Below are positions 29,894 through 42,874 of a stretch of 64,000 nt of DNA, piece after piece (position 1 is the first letter of the stretch; every line of letters begins with the position of its first letter). The notes under the pieces are model-generated. The model had not been told where the DNA came from, did not search any database, and worked only from the letters and a program-made list of their open reading frames with translations. The translations under genes and the position numbers were made by a program. The DNA is from the human T2T-CHM13v2.0 reference genome, Homo sapiens. The stretch is taken from the NCBI RefSeq assembly GCF_009914755.1, contig NC_060929.1; one strand, written 5' to 3'.

Positions 29894-30259
29894 TAGGGGT
29901 CCCCAGTCTGTAGCCTGTTAGGAATTGGGCTGCACAATAGGAGGTGAGTGGCAGGTGAGAGAGAAAAGCTTCATCTGTATTTACAGCCACTCTCTATTGC
30001 TCGAATTACTACCTGAGCTCCACCTTCTGTCAGATCAGCAGGGGCATTAGATTCTCGTAGGAGTGTGAACCCTATTGTGAACTGTGCATGTGAGGGATCT
30101 AGGTTGTGCAATCCTTATGAGAATCTAATGCCTGATGATCTGTCACTGTCTCCCATCAGCCCCAGATGGGACTAGTTGCAGGAAAATAAGCTCAGGGCTC
30201 CTACTGATTCTACATTATGGTGAGTTGTGTAATTATTTCATTATATAGAACAATGTAAT
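29894..30259 (+). mobile_element. MER1A (non-autonomous Charlie3 derivative), 3'-truncated
   Basis: AGGGGTCCCC TIR, gcctgttaggaa, aagcttcatctgtatttacagcc, ctgatgatctgtcactgtctcccatc; matches both ends of the element at 38028-41311. Confidence 0.9.
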
Positions 30260-30628
30260 TGTATTAGTTCATTTTCATGCTGCTGATAAAGACATACGCA
30301 AGACTGAGCAATTTACAAAAGGAAGAAGTTTAATTGGACTCACAGTTCCACGTGACTGGGGAGGGCTCACAATCATGGCAGAAGGCAAAGAGGAGCAAGT
30401 CACATCTTCTGTGGATGGCAGCTGGCAAAGAGAGAACTTGTGCAGGCAAACTCCTATTTTTTTTAAGCCATCAGATCTCATGAGACTTATTCACTATCAC
30501 AAGAACAGCATGGGAAAGACCCGCCCCATAATTCAATCACCTCTCACAGGGTTCCTCCCATGACGTGGGAATTGTGGGAGTTACAATTCAAGATGAGATT
30601 TGGGTGGGGACACAGCCAAACCATATCA
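30260..30628 (-). mobile_element. THE1 (C/D-like) 3' LTR
   Basis: TGTATTAGTTCATTTTCATGCTGCTGATAAAGAC...CAGCCAAACCATATCA. Confidence 0.92.
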
Positions 30629-31036
30629 TTTCACCTCTGGCCCCTCCCAAATCTCATGTCCTCACATTTCAAAACCAATCATGCCTTCTCAACAGTCCCC
30701 CAAAGTCTTAACTCGTTTCAGCATTAACTCAAATGTCCATAGTTCAATGTCTCATCTGAGACAAGGCAAGTCCCCTGTGCCTATGAGCCTGTAAAATCAA
30801 AAGCAAGTTAGTGACTTCCTAGATACAACAGGGGTACAGGCATTGGGTAAATACAGCCATTCCAAATGGGAGAAATTGGCCAAAACAAAGAGGCTACAGG
30901 CCCCACTCAAGTCCAAAATCCAACAAGGCAGTCAAAGCGTAAAGCTCCAAAATGATCTCCTTTGACTCCATGTCTCGCATCCAGATCATGCTGATGCAAG
31001 AGGTGGGTTCTCATGGTCTTGGGCAGCTCCATGCCC
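30629..31036 (-). mobile_element. THE1 internal sequence (3' part with PPT), truncated
   Basis: ggcccctcccaaatctcatgtcctcacatttcaaaaccaatcatgcc adjoins the LTR and is the polypurine tract on the minus strand. Confidence 0.9.
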
Positions 31037-31084
31037 ATTGATTTCATAACATCTATTATTTACAATATTTATGTTAACAGCTAA

Positions 31085-31310
31085 AACTTACATAACACTT
31101 GTATATGCCAGGTGTTTTAAATTCTTTAAATGAATGTACTCATTTAAATTTTACGGTAACCTTATACGATGGTTATTTTTATCCCATTTTGCAAATTAAG
31201 GAGGCTAAGACATGCAGAGTTTAAGCACTTTGCCTGGTTTGGTGCAGCAGTAGATTTTGGAGCTGGGATTTGAGCTCAGGTAACCTTCTGCTGGTAACCA
31301 CTACGTTACA
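31085..31310 (-). mobile_element. MIR SINE
   Basis: tatatgccagg...atcccattttgcaaattaaggaggctaagac. Confidence 0.6.
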
Positions 31311-32764
31311 CTGCCACTCACTCCCCTTTTATCACCTGACAAGCCAACTCTGCCCACAAGACAAGTTGGTCTTTCTGACTCCAAGAGGCATATCTAGTGT
31401 ACTCAAGAATGGTCTCCTGAGGCAGTATAGAAGTTTCTCCAACTGCAGTCAGGCCAGTGTGGCCCCATATCCAACTTTTCGAAATGTAGGCCCTCAGGCA
31501 GACAGCATGATTTTCATTGGCTTCCTTGCCAATCTCATGACAAGGAAACCGTGCCTGATAAGAATCATCTGTTTTCTTGGTTGCTGGTGTTCTTCAGGGC
31601 TCATTGCCATGGACTTCAACTTTCCCCAGTCTCTCCGGAGACATCCTGATTTTACATCTCCAAGAACATGTTCTCTACCCCTGCCCAACAATGAACTCCC
31701 TTTGTGCCTCTGTTTATTTCCTCTTTCCTAAAACAGTAGGTAGTGCTGAGGCAGCAGCAAGGCAAAGTGGCTGGCAGCTGCTACATAGATAGGAGAGGAT
31801 CCACCACTCAGAAACTGAATGTTAATTCATTTTTCTGCAATTCAGTTTTTCACTTGTAGAATGAAAATAATAATACTAATATTATGAAATGGTGGTGTGA
31901 TTCCACTAGCTCTTGTGTTCAGAGCCCAGCATTAACTTGGGACATGTGGTCAAAGACATGAGAAAGCCCCATGAGTCTGGTGTCTTTGTGTGAGGCTGGG
32001 CCTGCCATGTGGACTAACAAACAGATTTCCCTGGCTTACAAAATGTCCTTTTATTTAGCAAAACCATCTCCTTAAAGGCACCTGTGAATTTATTGATTAA
32101 ATCTTGGTATCTGTAAGTGGGGATAAAGAAGCTTAGATGCCACTCTTTAATATTTTCTGCAATGACGATTGAATTCCACTAGGTTTGACATCTTGCCGCT
32201 CACGGGAGGGTATGAAATTAGCTATTTGGTGAATTTCTCCTTCCTCTTGGGGTTTGTCACCTATGCTGGTCTCTTCTGCTCCACCAGAGGTAGTATTCCA
32301 TAACTCACTGGTTCGGAATTTGGGCAGGGAAGACAGATTCTATATTACAAGTTATGTTGAAGTGTTATAGTATCGGCTTTTTCTGAGCAAGATCTATCAG
32401 AATTCAATTTTCCCTTTGCTCCCAGACCATGCTTTGGCATGGCCAAAATTTCAAATGCTAATTAAAGACATGAGTTGCGTATATTTAGTATTGTAGTAGG
32501 TAATAGCTACCAAATTAGTGTGAACATTAGAGAGTTGATATTTAAGATGTTTGAATAATTTGACACTAGAATATTATAGGCATTTATGCTGATTTTAAAA
32601 AATGTGATGGTGTAATAGATTTTTCATTTATTGTTGTGACTATTTTTTTCTTTAGGCTACATACTCAATTTTGTAATGGAACTAGGACAATACTCATTTT
32701 AGTGTGATTAAACTTCTGGCTTACTGATGAAATGAAACAGTCCATTCCTGCAAAAGCATCTCAC

Positions 32765-33030
32765 AGTTTGTTTTTAAATGAAGTAAGACAAACATACAGG
32801 AAAGGCATTATAAGTGTAACCAGCACCCAGATAAAGAGGTATAACATCACCAGCACCCTGCTTGCTCCCAATCACTGCCCCCCACCAAGTAAACTACTAC
32901 CTTGACCTCTCACATCATACATTAGTTTTTGCCAGCTTTTGAACTTCATAAAAATGCAGTCGTACCATTTGCACTTTTTGGTGTCTGTCTTCCTTTAGTG
33001 AGCACAAATATTGTTTCTTGACTCTGCAAA
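32765..33030 (-). mobile_element. Old L1ME fragment
   Basis: gtgtaaccagcacccagat...ttagtttttgccagcttttgaacttcataaaaatg. Confidence 0.6.
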
Positions 33031-34254
33031 TAATGTGATGGTTTCTGAACCAATTCGTGAAAAGGAAAGGAGGGAAGCAGGAAAGGAAGAAGGAGGGTGA
33101 GTAAGAGAATGGGAGGGAGACTGTGTTTGTGGGTACTGGTTATCTGTAGCTACTCTGAAAGTGATGCAGCTCCTGAACAATTTTGGGAGAATATCAGTTA
33201 GTTGTATTAGCCAGTCAGTGACTACCTTAGTTCTTATTTACAAAGAAAGTAAATTAGATTTGAAGGAATATCTTGTTGAACTGACTTCCTTTGGCTATGC
33301 AGTGGGGGTGTGGGCACATGGTTTCATTGCCTGTGAACCTTAAGAAGGCCCCAGGGGGATTAGCTTGTACAGATTTTACAGCCCTGCCCCCGGGTCTCCT
33401 TTGCCTCGAAGCTATGGTCTTGGACTGTAGTCATCTGCCCAGAGTCTAAAATCAATTTCTTTTGGGACATAGACTTTCCTACTGAGTTTTCATCATGGTC
33501 TCAGGGCAAACGAATGAGAAGATAACAGCATCTTCACTCCTTCATTACGCATCCTCTTTGGAACAGTAGGGCTTTTTCAAAATGAGAGAGTCTATGTTTG
33601 TCATAGCCATATTCACATCACAGAGACGGGGTTAATGATGGAGGTGGCATGTTTGTCTTTTAGTGCCTCCCCCAATTCTTCAACTTCTGTTTCCAAGGAC
33701 ACATCCTTAGCATTCTCTTTTGGGGCCTGCGGGCTTTTATCATGCCCTCCATTCACAGTGGAAGGAGAAGTCAGGCAATTGTCTCAAGCTACTAAATGAG
33801 AAAGAATTTGAATCTAGCTGTCTCATTTCCAGTCTGATGACTGGACACTGTAATTCACTACATGGATGAAGTGTAGTGCTCATCATACACCCCTTTACTT
33901 TTCGGATGAGAATGGGAAGATCGTGAAACTCTTCCAAGGCCCAGTGTCCTGTTTGCCTCATCACTCTGTCTCTTCCCTCCCTTACCTCTTTGCCAACCCC
34001 AAACCAACTCTTCTCTGAGCTCCTACCAACATCTCAGAGCAAGCATATGTTTTAACTATTTGACTCCACTTTCTGGACTAATCATTACTGATTCCAAAGG
34101 TGGGACTTTTAGGCCAGAGAAGAGGAGACAATGGTGGCATGGCATTGCAGTGGGACAAAAGAAGCCCAGTGATGTCCCTCAAATCATATGATGTAAGTTC
34201 ACCTCTATTCCATTTCTGTATAGCTCTTGTCTTCATAATATTTATTAATTCAAA

Positions 34255-36340
34255 ATTATTCATTCAATGCCTATTGTTTTTTCTTTTTCTGAAGATAAGC
34301 TTCAGACAAGACAGTACCTATTATGCATCAGGCAGTATTCTAGAGGCTTAGGACACATCCATGAATAAAATAGACAAAAAGTCTTGACCTTGTGAGGCTT
34401 ACGTTCTAGCAGGAGTGATAGAGGACTAAAAATGTAGATATTATAAATAATAAATGAGTATACTAGGGTTACTCAGGGAAACAGAACCAACAGGATATAT
34501 GATACAGAGACAGAGCAAGGTAAGAGGGATTAGTAATGCTGGGGGTCAGAGGTCACTGCAGGTTTAACAGAGTGCTCAGGAGGGTAGCATCTGAATAAAG
34601 ACTTGCAGATGACAAGCCATTCAGATATTTAAAGGAAGAGCTGTCCACAAAAGGGATGATTCAAGGCAAAGGCCTTAATGTAGAAGCATGCTTAGAATAT
34701 TCAAAGTAAAGCATAAGGCCAGTGAAGGTGGTAGCCTTCAATCAAAGGTGAAGTCAGAGAAGTAACCAGGAGTCAAATCACGAAGTGACATGTGGCTCAT
34801 TGTTAGGACTCTGGCCTTGCCTCTGATTGAGGTGGGGCAGGGGAAGGGTATCACAGAGCTTTAAGTGACAGAAGACATGAAATAACAGACATTCTAACTA
34901 ATCATTTTGGTTGCATTGTTGAGAACAAGCAGTACGGGAGTAGGGAGAGAGAAAGAGAGGTCAGGTCAATTAGAAGGCAATTTCAATAACCAAGACAGAA
35001 GATGGTGGTGACTTGAAACAGTGAAGAGAAATGGTCATAGTCTGGATACAGGACTTCTTGATGTTTAGGCAAAAGAGAAGTCAAGCATGACTTTCAGGCT
35101 GTTGGTCTAAGCAACTTGAAGAATGGAGTTACCATCCACTGAGGTGGAAAAAACTGCAGGAGCAATAGAATGGGAGGTGGACTGAGAGTTCAGTGTTGGA
35201 TATGTTAAGAATGAAGTCTCTACTAGACTTGTAAAGTGGATATATGGAGTCTGGAGTTTGGAAAACTATTCTAGTTGGAGATATAGTGTAGGAGTTGTCT
35301 GTACATAGATGGCATTTAAAACTAGGAGAATGGAAAACTACAAAAATAGTGGAGGTAGAGAGAGAAGAGGTTCAAGATGTGTGCATGGAGTTGTCTGCAT
35401 ATAGATGACATTTAAAACTAAAAGAATGGAAACTTGACAAAAATAGCAGGTGTAGATAGAGAATAGGTTCAAGAACTGTGCATGCATGGAGTACCCCAAC
35501 ATAAAGACACAAAAGAGAAGAGTAGGAGGAACCAGGAAAGGAGAGAGAAGGAGTGTCAGGGAGATAGTGGGAGGGGTGTGGAAATGCATGGTGTTTTGGG
35601 AATGAAATGAAGAAAGTGTATGAAGAAGAGAATACCAACTGCCTCAAATTCTGCTGATGGGTCGAGCAACATGAGGACGAAAATTAGAAACTGGATTTAA
35701 TACTGAGATGTCCCAAGGTGACCTTGAGAAGAACAGTTTTGGTGGAGTGGTAAGGGCGAAAACCTTGTTGGGATGAATTTAAGAGAGAATATGAAGAGAC
35801 ATAGAGGAGACAGTACATGTAAACAACTCTTTCAAGTGATGTCTTTAATGAAGAAAAGAAAAATGGACTAATGGGAGATGTCAAGAGAAGCAGTTTTTAA
35901 GATGGGAGAAATAACAGCATATTACTATGCTGATGGACTTGTTGGTGTAGAGGACACAGGGGTGGACTGCTGGGGCACTGTGGGGAAAGGAGATGAGACT
36001 TGGTATCAGAGCATTGGGACTGGTGTTAGAATGGACAGGCTGGCCCAGTTCTGCCCCAGGTGGGAGGCAGAAAGCCTACGTGCAGAGAGGGTGGTAGATG
36101 AGAAGGCAGAGGGTGTTTGGGGACTCTCTTTCAACTGCTTTGTTCTGTCAGAGAATTAAGAAAGTCATCAACTGAAAATTAGGGTATAGGAGAAGATGTT
36201 GGAGGCTGAAATAGACATCTTGAAAGGGAGCATCGTGAATGGACTAGGGAAGTATAGCACAATTGTCCGGCAGCATTTAAGGCCTATTTGAGCTTCTTGG
36301 TCATGGAACTCTGTTAAAATGAAACCTGTCAGCATGATTA
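34255..36340 (-). mobile_element. Long LINE-2 relic with reverse-transcriptase remnant
   Basis: L2 3' end antisense (ttcattcaa...ctattatgcatcaggcag); ORF 35684-35884(-) SPIS..LERVV...QQGFRPYHSTKTVLLKVT matches the L2/CR1 RT motif PISLL..LERVV..Q.GFRP.HST.TAL..VT. Confidence 0.8.
35291..35482. repeat. Diverged ~96-bp tandem duplication within L2
   Basis: GGAGTTGTCTG..ATAGATG.CATTTAAAACTA..AGAATGGAAA...GGTTCAAGA..TGTGCAT at 35291 and 35387. Confidence 0.9.
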
Positions 36341-36889
36341 TGTGTTCCAGGGATTTCCAGCTGCACAGCTGATGTACATAAAAGGTGGAAAATTGGATCT
36401 CTTCTCCACTGGAAATTTTTTAATGCAGCAATTTAAATGTTTTGAGAATCAAAGAGTCACTTCAAACAATTATGCCTACCTGTTGAGCTTCCATCTTTCC
36501 TTCCTTTCTTTCTTCCTTCCATTTTTTCCTTTCTTGCTTGCTTTTTCCCTTTTTTCTTTCTCTCTTCTTTCTTTTCCTCCAAAAGAACTTGTGAATGTCT
36601 CCTAGTTGTATAATAATTGCACCTGAAACTGGTCTAAAACAGTCCACATTTCTTCAATAAACTTTATTGTGTGTTTATTAAGTGCCAAGAGCTCTGTTAG
36701 GTACTGTGGAAGACACAAAAAACAAAAAACAAAAACTCAAGAAGTTCACAGCAGAGTGGCAAAGGTGAAATATGTCCATAATAACTGCATATAAGATAGA
36801 AATTGGTGAGCACCAATTTGAAAAGTGTGAGACTTTAGAGAAGAGAAAGATTTCTAGTTGGAGATGGGGAATCTGGGAAGATTTGAGAT

Positions 36890-37482
36890 TGTAGTTTTCA
36901 AAGATGGAATATCTCCTATCCCACATACTTTTCTATGATGAGACATTGGTAGTCCTACCATTGAGAGTTGGAATTGATATCTTCTCTTGAACCTGGATGG
37001 GCTTGTGACTCATATGTAACCAATACAGTACACAGTAGAAATAACGCTTTTAACTTCTGGGGCTAAGTCAGAAAAAGAGGTTCAAGTCTCCCCCTGTTTA
37101 CTGGGACATCAGGTAAAAAGTCCATCAAGTGAGAAATTCAATTCCTCTGGGGCCACCATGCTTTGAGGAAGCTCAGGCCACATAGGGAGGTGATCTGTGG
37201 GTGCTTTGGTTGACATTCCCAGCTGAGGTCCTAGCTGATGGCCAGCATTGACAGCAGACATGTGAAGAAGGCACCTGCACATGATTCTAGCCCCCAGCTC
37301 TTGAGTCACCCCAGCCATTAGGTATTCCCAGCTCAGTCCCCAGACATCATGGAAAAGACGCAAGCCATCTCTGCTACACACTCTGAATTCCTTACCCTCT
37401 GAATCCATGAGCATAATACAATGGTCGTTTTACACCACTGAGTTGTGAAGTGATTTGCCGTGTAACAATAGTAACCAGAACA
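36890..37482 (+). mobile_element. MLT1G-type MaLR solo LTR, inside an L2 fragment
   Basis: TGTAGTTTTCAAAGATGG start; end CCACTGAGTTGTG...AACAATAGTAACCAGAACA. Confidence 0.8.
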
Positions 37483-37889
37483 GAAGATTTCTTGAAAGAG
37501 AGAACATTCAAGCCAAGTTAACTTCAGATGTAAAAAAAGTGTAATATTAAATGAGCCTGGGTAATTGTATTCTCAACTGCGTAGGAAACTTTTTGAATTT
37601 CCCTTTTACATTTGATGTTCTGGCTATTGAACATTCTTTTGTAGAAATATCTCTAGATGTCTATCTGATTCCAGAGCATTTACAAAGATTTTGGAATGCA
37701 GCTCTTTCTTGTGATTTGATTCTGAGATGACACAGCACCATCAAATACAACTTAGCAGAACCTAGCTTTTGAAGAGAGTAACTAACTTTCATACAAAAAG
37801 TTGACAACTTCATTAGCAGAGTTACCAGTACACATTTTATATAAAACTAACAATACTATTTACATGGTCACATAAAAAGCTTTGTAGGA

Positions 37890-37907
37890 TATCTATCTAT
37901 ATCTATC

Positions 37908-37950
<43 letters not shown>

Positions 37951-37978
37951 ATCTGCCTATTATCTATCCATCTATCTA
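37890..37978. repeat. (TATC)n / GATA-type tetranucleotide STR
   Basis: Direct read; about 10 perfect units plus degenerate flanks. Confidence 0.97.
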
Positions 37979-38254
37979 AACAACAGGAACATATTAATGC
38001 ATTGTTAGGCAATTTCATCATTTTGAGCAGTGGTCCCCCACATTTTTGGCACCAGGCATTGGTTTTGTGGAAGGCAATTTTTCCATGGACTGGGGCAGGG
38101 GAGGGGGATGGTTTTGGGATGATTCAAGCACATTACATTTATTGTGCACTTTATTTATATTATTATTGTATTGTAATATAATGAAATAATTATACAACTC
38201 ACCACAATGTAGAATCAGTGGAAGCCCTAAGCTTCTTTCCTTGCAACTAGACAG

Positions 38255-40665
38255 TTCCCATCTGGGGGTGATGGGAGACAGTGATACCTGAAGTGTGTTG
38301 CTTATGTCCAGTCTACTCCATAATCTCGTTTTGGTTGCTGTCACTGCAGAAAACCCTGCTTCACAAAGATAGGATGTTGGAAATGGAAGCAGACTTTTCA
38401 GTGCTTCTGTGGTAATCTCAGGATATTCCATCTCGACTTTAATTCAGAATGTATGAAGATTTGAAGTTGCGTCAAACATACTTTTAAGGGCACCGCCATT
38501 TGCAATCTCAAGCAGTTGTCCTCTTCTACAACGGACAAAGTCAATTCCCCTGGCTTATTCACAAATGGGTGATGGATCCATTCCTTCCCAGTTCAGGGTC
38601 TTTTATGGTTGGGAAGCGTATAATCAGGGTTCTCCAGGGGACAGAATTAATAGGATATATCTATATATGAAAGAGAGTTTATTAGGGAGAATTGGCTCAC
38701 ATAATTACAAGGTGAAGTCCCATGATAGGCCATCTGCAAGCTGGGGAAGAAAGAAGTGAGTAGTGGCTCAGTTCAAGTCTAAAAGCCTCCAAGCCAGGGA
38801 ATCTGACAGTGTAGCCTTCAGTCTGTGGCTGAAGGCCCGAGAGCCTCCAGCACTCACTGGTGTGAGTCCCAAAGTCTAAAGGCTGAAGAATCTGGAGTCT
38901 GATGTCCAACCGCAGGAGGAGCAGGAGGAAGCATCCAGCACAGGAAAAAGAAGGCAACCAGGAGACTCAGCAAGCAAGGTGTTTCCACCTTCTTCCCCTG
39001 CTTTGTTCTAGTCACGCTGGCAGACAATTGGATGGTGCCCACCCACATTGAGGGTGAGTCTTCCTCTCCCCATACACTGACTCAAATGCCTATCTCCTCT
39101 GGCAATACCCTCACAGACACATCCAGAAACAATACCCATCATCCAGGCATCCTTCAATCCAATCAAGTTGACACCTAATATTAATCACCACAGAAAGTAA
39201 CGTTCAAACTCTTGAAAGCTGAGATAGGTGATCACACACCAGCTGGGAGAAAGAAGGCCTTGGCTCAGACTCTTTCTTTCAAAATTTCTGCTAATGTTTG
39301 AAACATGTTAGAAATCCCAAAGTTCACTCATCAACCCATTGTTCCAGTTTGGTTTTGAAAGCAGCCACTTTATCTGCTGACTTGAACACAGTTGTTGTTA
39401 TCCCCTGAAGTGACAGATTGAGTTCGTTGAGCAGGTTGAATGTGTCACACAAGTAAGCAAGTTTTGCAACCCATTCTGTGTCACTGAAATGTGCTGCCAG
39501 TGTTGCCTGTTTTTCTAAAAGAAATCTTTGGAGTGGCTCTCATAACTAAAAAACTCTGGCCAGTGATCTGCCTTGAGAAAGCCATCTCACTTCTGTGTAT
39601 AAGAGAAGACATGTGTGCTCTGTATCCATCTCCTCTCAGAGCTGTGCAAACAGATGTGAGTTATGCGTATGCACTTTATTGTGGTTGATAATTTTAATCA
39701 TATCCTACAAAATGTTGTTAAGTTCAGGTGACATTTTTTGGCTAGCCAGCATTTTTCTATGGATGACACAGTGCATAGACTAATATTCAGAGGCAACCTC
39801 TTTGAACCAAGCAGTGAAACCTGAAAGCTGTTTGGTCATGGCAGCTGCTCCATCCATGCATACAATGACACAGAATGACCAATTCCATTTTCCTAATGTG
39901 TAATCATTCAAAGACTTGAATAGTTCTGCAGCTGTGGTGTTAGTTGGCAACAAAAGCACACATAATATACCCCCATGCACATCCTCCTGAAAAATATATT
40001 GCACGAAAACAAGCATTGTTGCCTTGTTGTCAACATTGCTAGACTTGTCAACCTGGAATGTGTACCACAGTGACTCATTAATCCTCTCTAACAATTGTGC
40101 TTCAACATCCTCTGCTTTTTCATCAATTCATCCAGTTATGGTGCTAGCTGAATGAGGAACACAAGGCATATTTTGAACCGCAGCCTCTCCTAAAAGTTCA
40201 CAACAAATGTCCTTAGCAGCGGGCAGGATCAACTCTTCACCAATAGTAAAGGGCTTCTTAGCTTTAGCAATGTGGTTAGCCACTAAGAATGATGCTTTCA
40301 GTGGAGACACATTTGATGAAATGGTGGCCTTCAATAATTGCTTCTGTTCTTTGTGTTCACAGTTTTTTTTCTTTTGAAAAATTCCACAGGCTTGTCTTTT
40401 AATGCAGGGTGCTTGGTCTCTATGTGGCGAAGCAGTTTTGAAGGTTTCATGGCTTCATTGAATAGCTGGTTGCCACACGCTATACAAAGCAGGTTTGGAG
40501 AGTGTGAATCACCTGTTGCAATGAACCCATACTTTAAGGAGGACTCTTGGTATTGTCAAGTGCAGCTTTCTTTTTGTTGGCAGTCTTAGAGTCTTCTGCT
40601 GTCTCATCATTGGGTGTTTCCCCCTTTTGGAAGAAGCTCTCCAGTGATATTTGCTTTTTACTCAT
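38255..40665 (-). pseudogene. Disrupted hAT (Buster/Charlie) transposase
   Basis: Fragments LKASFLVANHIAKAKKPFTIGEELILPAAKDIC (40128-40334), FQVDKSSNV...CMDGAAAM (39780-40094) and EYPE..ALKSLLPFPTSYLCEAGFS hATC domain (38018-38431); stops, frameshifts and an LTR insertion. Confidence 0.9.
38617..39192 (-). mobile_element. MLT2A (probably MLT2A2) HERV-L solo LTR inserted in the transposase
   Basis: (C)GTATAATCAGGGTTCTCCAGGGGACAGAA...CAATCCAATCAAGTTGACAC...CACCACA; near-TSD GGAAG/GAAAG. Confidence 0.88.
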
Positions 40666-41655
40666 TTTGGCTAGGGTTATCTTGTGGACTTAGCAAAACT
40701 GTGACTGAGACAAGTGCACAGTGCAGAAAGAGGCATGAACAGAAATGGCAAATAAAATAATGGGTGGGCCACGCGTGGACTAAAATAAGTGTCAGATTCT
40801 GACTTAAACCCTGCCACTAGATGCAGCTGTACAATTGAAGTACATCAACTCACTTGCAACTATAAAGCTTGGCACCAGATGCAGTTTAATTGTCACTTGT
40901 CACTCACTGATAGGGTTTTGATATGAGTCTGCAAACAATTGACGTATTATGGTGTCTGCACAGTCAAACCTCTCTACTAATGTTAGTTGGTGTTTGCAGC
41001 CACTCCCCAGCACTAGCATCACCACCTCAGCTCCATCTCAGATCATCAGGCGTTAGATTCTCATAAGGAGCATGCAACCTAGACCCCTCACATGCACAGT
41101 TCACAACAGGGTTTGCGTTCCTACGAGAATCTATTGCTGCAACTGATCTGACAGGAGGTGAAGCTCACGCAGTAATGCGAGTGATAGGGAGTGGCTGTAA
41201 ATACAGATGAAGCTTTATTTACTCACCCGCTGCTCACCTCCTGTTGTGCAACCCTGTTCCTAACAGGCCATTGACCAGTGCCAGTCTGTAGCTCAGAAGC
41301 TGAGGACCCTGTCATAGAGTGTACTTACATACGTAGATGGTATAGCCTATTACACACCCAGGCTATATGGTATATGCCTATTGCTCCTAGGATATAAACT
41401 ATTACTGTACTGAATACTTCAGAGAATTGTAATACAATGGTAAGTATTTGTGTATCTAAACATATCGAGGCATAGAAGAGGTACAGTAAAAATATGGTGT
41501 TATAATCTCATGGGACCAGCATCATATATGGAGTCTGTTGTTGACTGAAACATTGTTATGGGCACATGACTATATATGATTTTTATAATTTACTTTTAAA
41601 ACTAATTTTTGTTGTCACAACACTCATGCTTTTATTTTTTCCTTTAATTGTTTAA

Positions 41656-42010
<355 letters not shown>

Positions 42011-42570
42011 GCAAAGGGGAGAAATTTTAAGTATGGTGGCTGTATACTTATTATTGGCTCATTTATCCTGGGCTATTCTGGCTTTTCTTGTGCAGTTGAT
42101 TAACAGGTAATCAAACGGTTTGATTTCCGTGATTTCCTCTGTCTACCTCCCTGTGACTGCACAGATCTGTTCGTGTTGCCAGGCTGATTTTATAGTCAGG
42201 GTGCTCTGTTTGCATGTCTCTGGGACCAACAGTAGCCAACTCAAGGAAAAACCAGGAACAAAAAGAGGCTGCTTTTTTGGGATTTACTGCAAAGTAGTAG
42301 GAGAGTTTATGGAATCAAAGAAAAGGATGAAGGACTAGACCTGGGCAAGAAGAGAACCAGAGCAGCTCCAGGAATATAGGAGACAGAAAAAGTCTCTTCC
42401 AAGTCCTATCCTGGAGGCAAATGATCTCCAGCTGTTCTAGGGCTGCACGTATTCTGCTCACAGCTCACATTCCAATGAAGTGTGACTAGGGAGTGTGGGT
42501 CCCTTGATGAAGCTCCCTGCAGGTCTGCATCCAGTGGAAGAAATTTCCCAAAATAAAAACTGTACCTTTT

Positions 42571-42874
<304 letters not shown>

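Larger units (their letters stand above)
38028..41311 (-). mobile_element. Near-full-length Charlie3 hAT DNA transposon
   Basis: Both termini present (CAGTGGTCCCC... / ...GAGGACCCTG) and MER1-type; ~2.7 kb after removing the MLT2A insert. Confidence 0.9.
37980..41572 (-). mobile_element. Tigger3a/MER7A MITE split by Charlie3 (pieces 37980-38027 and 41312-41572)
   Basis: atgcattgttaggcaatttcatc | tcatagagtgtacttac...gaaacattgttatgggcacatgact(a) followed by TA rejoins as the MER7A reverse complement. Confidence 0.85.

Noticed and set aside
38255-40665. Domesticated ZBED5/Buster-like gene
   Set aside because: Multiple stops and frameshifts, an LTR insertion, and transposon termini still attached
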